The position numbers and the translations under genes were made by a program. Below, piece by piece: positions 6,838 through 11,059 of a stretch of DNA of 11,059 nucleotides. Positions within the stretch are counted from its first letter, which is position 1, and every line of letters begins with the position of its first letter. The notes beneath the pieces are model-generated. The model had not been told where the DNA came from. It did no database searches and saw only the letters and a program-made list of their open reading frames with translations. Origin of the DNA: a virus (Duplodnaviria; Heunggongvirae; Uroviricota; Caudoviricetes); IMG/VR virus record IMGVR_UViG_2645727680_000003, one strand, 5' to 3'.

Positions 6838-7674
6838 ATGGCTAATGAAAAAAAGACATCCCGCAAAAAGTTTCGCGTGGCTGTCTCCGGTGTAACGGCA
6901 GACGGGCGCGAAATCAACGGCGACATGCTGAAAGCTGCCGCCACCAGTTATAACCCGTCCGTTTATGGTGCACGTGTGAATATTGAGCACATCCTGTCAC
7001 CACTCCCCGGTAGCGAGTTTTCCGCTATGGGCGATGTTGTGGGGTTGAGCGCCGAAGACATAACCGATGGCCCGCTGGCAGGCCGCACGGCACTGTATGC
7101 CGAAATTGAGCCGACCGCTCGCATGATGTCCCTGCTTAACGATGGTAAAAAAATTTACTCCAGTATTGAGCTGGAACCACAGTCAACCATCACGGGAGGC
7201 CCTTACCTGCGCGGGCTGGCAATGACCGACACCCCTGCCAGCCTGGGCACGGAACGTCTGGCCTTTGCGGCACAACAACGTATGCAACTGATGACATTCA
7301 ACTGTCAGCAGGGAGACGTGGCGATGTTTACCGCCGCTATGGAGTCAGAACTTATCGAACTCACCGAACAACGTCAGGAAGAAGGCACCCAGTGGTTTAA
7401 CCGCGTTATGGGGATTATTGGCCGTGGCCGCAAAGCGGATGACGCCAGTTTCTCCCGTATTCAGGAAGCGGTGGAAGGTGTCGCAACGTCACAGGCCGAC
7501 ATTATCGACCGTTTTAATGCGCTGGAAACCCGCCATCAGCAGGACAGCCAGAAAATCACTTTACTGACCACAGAGCTGACAGCACTGAAGGAAAAACTGC
7601 GCACGCAGGACGGCGATCCGCAGAACCGGTTCACCGCAACGGGCGCAGCCTCCGATCAACTGGCTGACTTCTGA
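6838..7674 (+). CDS. O: Capsid scaffolding protein (P2 gpO-like)
   Basis: MANEKKTSRKKFRVAVSGVTADGREI...VYGARVNIEH...GLAMTDTPASLGTE parallels P2 gpO (MAKKVSKFFRIGVEGDTCDGR...VYGCRINLEH...GLAVTDDPASLGTE) as I remember it. RBS GAGGGG 6823-6828 favours ATG 6838 over the RBS-less ATG at 6805. Confidence 0.85.
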   Translation: MANEKKTSRKKFRVAVSGVTADGREINGDMLKAAATSYNPSVYGARVNIEHILSPLPGSEFSAMGDVVGLSAEDITDGPLAGRTALYAEIEPTARMMSLLNDGKKIYSSIELEPQSTITGGPYLRGLAMTDTPASLGTERLAFAAQQRMQLMTFNCQQGDVAMFTAAMESELIELTEQRQEEGTQWFNRVMGIIGRGRKADDASFSRIQEAVEGVATSQADIIDRFNALETRHQQDSQKITLLTTELTALKEKLRTQDGDPQNRFTATGAASDQLADF

Positions 7675-7697
7675 TAAGACAAAGGAGCAAATTTTTT

Positions 7698-8750
7698 ATG
7701 AATCTGGTGATGTCAGATATTACCCGCAACAAGCTGGGTTGCTATATGGCGCAGCAGGCGTCGCTTAACAACATCCCGGTATCTGCACTGGTATCGCGAT
7801 TTACCGTGGAACCCTCGGTGCAGCAGCGTTTTGAAAACGCAGTAAAGGAGAGCACTGAATTTACAAAAAAAATTAACGTGTTCGGTGTGACCGACCAGAA
7901 AGGCGAAAAAATCCTCCTGGACACCACCGGGCCGATTGCGCGCACGAATACCAGTTATGACGGCACAAAACGCCGTAACCCGAATAACGTGGTTGATCTG
8001 AAAAACCGCAAATATCAGTGCGAACAGGTGAACTACGACACGTTTATTTCGTATCCGCAGCTTGATGCCTGGGCGGCACACCCTGATTTTCAGTCACGCG
8101 TCAGCACACAGATTGCCCGGCAGGTGGCGCTTGACCGCATCATGATCGGTTTCAACGGCACGTCTCACGCAGATGAGTCCAACTTCAGCACCAACAAGCT
8201 GCTTCAGGACGTTAACGTGGGATGGCTGGAGCACATCAGAACCGACGCCAGCGAGCGCGTAATGAATGACGTGACGCTGACCTCCCGCAACATGGACAAC
8301 ACCGTGGCGCACGCGGGTAAGTATGCGAACGCTGATGCACTGGTACAGGACGCGCGCTCATCCCTGCTGGATGAATGGCACAAGGAAGCTGACGACCTCG
8401 TGGTGATTATGGGGCGCAACCTGTTTAACTCGCTGCGTCTGCCCGTGCTGAACAGCATCAGCGGCCAGAATCCCAATGCGGAATTACTTGCCGGACAGCT
8501 CATCCTGTCATCGCGCGCCATTGGCGGACTGGATGTATTCCTTGCGCCGTTCTTCCCGGATTCAACGATGCTGATCACCTCGTTCAACAACCTGTCGATT
8601 TACTGGCAGAAAGGAACAATGCGTCGCCTGATGAAAGACGAGCCGGAATACAACCGCATCGCCACCTACCAGTCCATCAATGACGCTTATGTCGTTGAAG
8701 ACTATGGCAAGTGCGCGATGGTCACTGGCCTGAAGTTCGCCGACAGCTAA
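7698..8750 (+). CDS. N: Major capsid protein (P2 gpN-like)
   Basis: Motifs FTVEPSV, GFNG, MPVMNS-like region, NLSIYW and YVVEDYG match P2 gpN as I remember it. 350 aa. RBS AGGAG 7683-7687, ATG 7698. Confidence 0.9.
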   Translation: MNLVMSDITRNKLGCYMAQQASLNNIPVSALVSRFTVEPSVQQRFENAVKESTEFTKKINVFGVTDQKGEKILLDTTGPIARTNTSYDGTKRRNPNNVVDLKNRKYQCEQVNYDTFISYPQLDAWAAHPDFQSRVSTQIARQVALDRIMIGFNGTSHADESNFSTNKLLQDVNVGWLEHIRTDASERVMNDVTLTSRNMDNTVAHAGKYANADALVQDARSSLLDEWHKEADDLVVIMGRNLFNSLRLPVLNSISGQNPNAELLAGQLILSSRAIGGLDVFLAPFFPDSTMLITSFNNLSIYWQKGTMRRLMKDEPEYNRIATYQSINDAYVVEDYGKCAMVTGLKFADS

Positions 8751-8760
8751 TCAACTCACG

Positions 8761-8779
8761 GCGGGCATCATGCCCGCCT
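8761..8779 (+). other. GC-rich hairpin GGCGGGCA-TCA-TGCCCGCC between capsid gene N and terminase gene M
   Basis: Read directly: 8-bp stem, 3-nt loop, no T-run. Possible RNA-stability or attenuation element. Confidence 0.3.
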
Positions 8780-8795
8780 GTAACGGAGAGAAAAA

Positions 8796-9596
8796 ATGAT
8801 TACTCCTGCACAGCAACACTGGCAGAACGTGATGGCACAGCGCGCAGGCCGGGCGAATGAAGGCGTGGACCACGCCGCGCGTACCGCGCATGAAGAGGTG
8901 CTGTATCGTCTGCGTCTGGCACAGGCCCGACTTAAGGGCGTACAGGCCAGAAGCGCGAAAGCCGCCATCAAAAAAGAGTTATTGCCGGACTTTTCCGGCT
9001 GGATTGAGGGAACGCTGGAGGCTGACGGCGGGCAGCAGGATGAAGTGATTGCCACGCTGATGGTGTGGGCGATTGACTGCGGCGATCTTCCGCTGGCGCT
9101 GCGTATTGGTGCATATGTGGTCCGTCACAACCTCATCATGCCGGATAACTTTGGACGTACTGCTGCCACGGTACTGACCGAAGAAATCTGCAACCCGGTA
9201 CTGACGCAGGCCGGGACGGATGCCGACGCGGATTTATCCGCCTTTATCGAACCACTGGACACACTTTGGGAAATTGTTGCCAACCAGGACATGCCGGACG
9301 AAGTGCGCGCCAAATTATGCAAGGCGTGTGCCTTTGCCCGTCGTGGCCTGACCGATGCAGACAGCATGGCCTCATCACTGAAGCTGCTGCGCGAAGCGAT
9401 GCACCTGAACCCGAACTCAGGTGTGAAACGCGAGATTGCAACCCTTTCCCGCGCCCTGAAAAAAGCCGATTCCGCAGCCGCACCAGAAGACGCCAGCACA
9501 CCGCAGGCGCAGGACGAAAGCAGCAAAAGTAAAAAGACAACGCGGAAGCCTGCAACACGAAAAACCACCGCGACGCAGAAGGCGAAGCGCGGTTAA
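8796..9596 (+). CDS. M: Terminase small (endonuclease) subunit (P2 gpM-like)
   Basis: MITPAQQHW...KKELLP...ADMPDEVRAKL...GVKREI parallels P2 gpM (MTSPAQRHM...KRELLP...ADMPDEVRAKL...GVKKEI) as I remember it. Basic, K/R/T-rich C-terminal tail. RBS GGAGAG 8785-8790. Confidence 0.85.
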   Translation: MITPAQQHWQNVMAQRAGRANEGVDHAARTAHEEVLYRLRLAQARLKGVQARSAKAAIKKELLPDFSGWIEGTLEADGGQQDEVIATLMVWAIDCGDLPLALRIGAYVVRHNLIMPDNFGRTAATVLTEEICNPVLTQAGTDADADLSAFIEPLDTLWEIVANQDMPDEVRAKLCKACAFARRGLTDADSMASSLKLLREAMHLNPNSGVKREIATLSRALKKADSAAAPEDASTPQAQDESSKSKKTTRKPATRKTTATQKAKRG

Positions 9597-9611
9597 CGAC
9601 TGACCCCGTCA

Positions 9612-9683
9612 GCGGGCGGCGTGCGCGGTGTTCCGGTTTGACTCCGTGACCGTTTACACCGCGCACCCACCGCCCGATTTTTT
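9612..9683 (+). terminator. Long imperfect GC-rich hairpin followed by T6; putative intrinsic (possibly partial) terminator or structured RNA element between M and L
   Basis: Left arm GCGGGCGG..GTGCGCGGTGT (9612-9631) pairs with ACACCGCGCAC..CCACCGCCCG (9656-9676) around a 24-nt central loop, then ATTTTTT (9677-9683). Confidence 0.4.
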
Positions 9684-9697
9684 CAGGAGTGAACCCC

Positions 9698-10192
9698 ATG
9701 AGTATGGTTGCCAGAACCAACCCCTGCCCCGCAGAGGACGACATCACCGATACCGATGATGGTGATACCCGTATTTCAGCGGGCGCATTCTGGCCGGATA
9801 TTGTGCTGCGTGAGCTGCGTCTGGCGATACGACTGCCGGGCCGTGTGACCACCTCCCGCCTGCTGCATACCGCCACCGGGGCCGTGGCACACGTTACCCG
9901 CGAGCTGGAAGCGTGGCAGCAGGAACAGCAGGCGGCTGGCCATCAGACGCTGGCCGATGTTCCGGCCCCCGTAATTAACGGAGAAAGCGTCAATCTCTGG
10001 CACTGGCGCAATGCCGTTTATACCGCCACACGCGCCCTGATTCTGGAGCGTTACCGCGATGCGGACACAACGGATAAGGGCGACCGCCGGGCGGACGCAC
10101 TGGATATACAGACATCGGATTTGTGGCGCGATGTGAGCTGGGCCATCTCTGACATTCTGCGCCGCCCGCGAATTTTTGCGGAGCTGTGCTGA
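9698..10192 (+). CDS. L: Head completion / stabilisation protein (P2 gpL-like)
   Basis: ...ISAGAFWPDIVLRELRLAIRLPGRVTTSRL... and C-terminal RYRD motif match gpL-like proteins. RBS AGGAG 9685-9689 supports ATG 9698 rather than the GTG at 9689 in the ORF track. Confidence 0.8.
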   Translation: MSMVARTNPCPAEDDITDTDDGDTRISAGAFWPDIVLRELRLAIRLPGRVTTSRLLHTATGAVAHVTRELEAWQQEQQAAGHQTLADVPAPVINGESVNLWHWRNAVYTATRALILERYRDADTTDKGDRRADALDIQTSDLWRDVSWAISDILRRPRIFAELC

Positions 10193-10392
10193 TGAAAGTG
10201 AAGGCACTGGAAGGCGACACCGTGGATTCGCTCTGTTTCCGGTACTACGGCACGACGCAGGGCGTCACCGAAAAGGTGCTGGATGCCAACCCCGGACTCT
10301 GTCAGCAGATATTTCTGGACGCCGGGCAGGACGTGGAGATGCCGGAGCCGGAGAAGAAGAAACGAGAAATGATTCAGTTGTGGGGGGAGTAG
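10192..10392 (+). CDS. X: Tail protein X (P2 gpX-like, small LysM-like protein)
   Basis: MKVKALEGDTVDSLCFRYYGTTQGVTEKVLDANPGL...LWGE parallels P2 gpX (MKTFALQGDTLDAICVRYYGRTEGVVETVLAANPGL...LWE) as I remember it. The ATG overlaps the L stop codon (TGATG). Confidence 0.85.
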   Translation: MKVKALEGDTVDSLCFRYYGTTQGVTEKVLDANPGLCQQIFLDAGQDVEMPEPEKKKREMIQLWGE

Positions 10393-10394
10393 CA

Positions 10395-10718
10395 GTGAGC
10401 ACCATTCAAACAGGGATCACAGAGCAGGTTATTGCGTGGCTCTTTGACCACCTGCCAACGGTGTATGCAGTAGGCGCGGCAGTCAGCATTTCCGCGCTGA
10501 TGAGTCTTTATGACGGACGAACACTGGTTCAGACCGTAACGGGATCGCTGGCGTGCGGCGTTCTTGCCATGGCCGTGGCCGGGTCGTTGCGCTTCTTCGG
10601 GTTTCCTGAAGATGCCGTGACGTTTATCGGCGCATCAATCGGTTTTATGGGCGCAGAGAAAGCACGCGACAAGGTTATTGCGGCCTTTAATCGCAGGGGG
10701 AAGGAGAAGGACGAATGA
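10395..10718 (+). CDS. Putative holin (P2 gpY position), GTG start
   Basis: Small protein with hydrophobic segments (AVGAAVSISALMSLY, LACGVLAMAVAGSL, FIGASIGFMGA) and a charged C-terminus (RRGKEKDE), sitting directly upstream of the endolysin. RBS GGGGGAG 10383-10389. The start codon is uncertain (GTG 10395 or an internal ATG). Confidence 0.6.
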   Translation: MSTIQTGITEQVIAWLFDHLPTVYAVGAAVSISALMSLYDGRTLVQTVTGSLACGVLAMAVAGSLRFFGFPEDAVTFIGASIGFMGAEKARDKVIAAFNRRGKEKDE

Positions 10719-11059
10719 GCAACACATTTAAATTCAGCAGCCGGAGCGAAAAGAATTTGCAGGGCGTAAATCCTGATCTGGTGAAAGTGACCCGACGGGC
10801 ACTGGAAATTTCGGAAGTGGATTTTGGTATCACCGAAGGGTTGCGCAGCCGTTACCGCCAGAAGCAACTTGTGGCCACAGGTAAGAGCCAGACCATGAAC
10901 AGCCGCCACCTTACGGGACATGCCGTGGATGTTGTGGCTTATATCGGCAGCCAGGTGTCATGGGAATGGCCGCTGTACGAAAAAATCGCAGCCGCATTCA
11001 GACAGGCCAGCCGGGAACTGAATATTCCGGTGGAATGGGGCGGCGACTGGAAGACCCTG
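10715..11059 (+). CDS. Endolysin, peptidase M15 (L-alanyl-D-glutamate peptidase / VanY-like) family, 3'-partial
   Basis: My own translation from ATG 10715 (RBS AAGGAG 10701-10706) gives MSNTFKFSSRSEKNLQGVNPDLVKVTRRALEISEVDFGITEGLRSRYRQKQLVATGKSQTMNSRHLTGHAVDVVAYIG..., which carries the SRHLTGHAVD zinc-binding signature of M15 peptidase endolysins. It is open to the end of the window, and the ATG overlaps the holin stop. Not in the ORF track because it has no stop within the window. Confidence 0.75.
   Translation, partial: MSNTFKFSSRSEKNLQGVNPDLVKVTRRALEISEVDFGITEGLRSRYRQKQLVATGKSQTMNSRHLTGHAVDVVAYIGSQVSWEWPLYEKIAAAFRQASRELNIPVEWGGDWKTL

Noticed and set aside
1-11059. CRISPR arrays, tRNA or rRNA genes, IS elements or transposases
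   Set aside because: No regularly spaced repeat-spacer arrays, no cloverleaf-like conserved tRNA features noticed, and no transposase-like ORF or terminal inverted repeats bracketing a gene. The cargo is flanked by hairpins rather than IS ends.

Overview
This window reads as a P2-like (Peduovirus-type) phage or prophage segment spanning the cos junction. From left to right: the 3' part of a rolling-circle replication initiator (gpA-like, truncated at the window start); a cargo island of a ParM/StbA-like actin ATPase, a ParR/StbB-like adaptor and an orphan 174-aa coiled-coil protein; a ~490-bp repeat-rich non-coding stretch where the cos site is expected by synteny; then the conserved morphogenesis block: portal Q and large terminase P on the minus strand, and scaffold O, major capsid N, small terminase M, head completion L, tail protein X, a holin and a peptidase-M15-type endolysin (truncated at the window end) on the plus strand. 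All homology calls rest on reading the supplied translations against remembered reference proteins (P2 gpA/Q/P/O/N/M/L/X, plasmid R1 ParM and ParR); no database search was run. The most interesting part is the cargo island: a plasmid-type parMR module with candidate palindromic operator sites plus an unknown gene sits where P2 carries tin/old, a position reported to hold anti-phage cargo in P2-like prophages. A run of 26 N (2375-2400) interrupts the ParM-like gene. No tRNA, rRNA, CRISPR array or transposase was seen.
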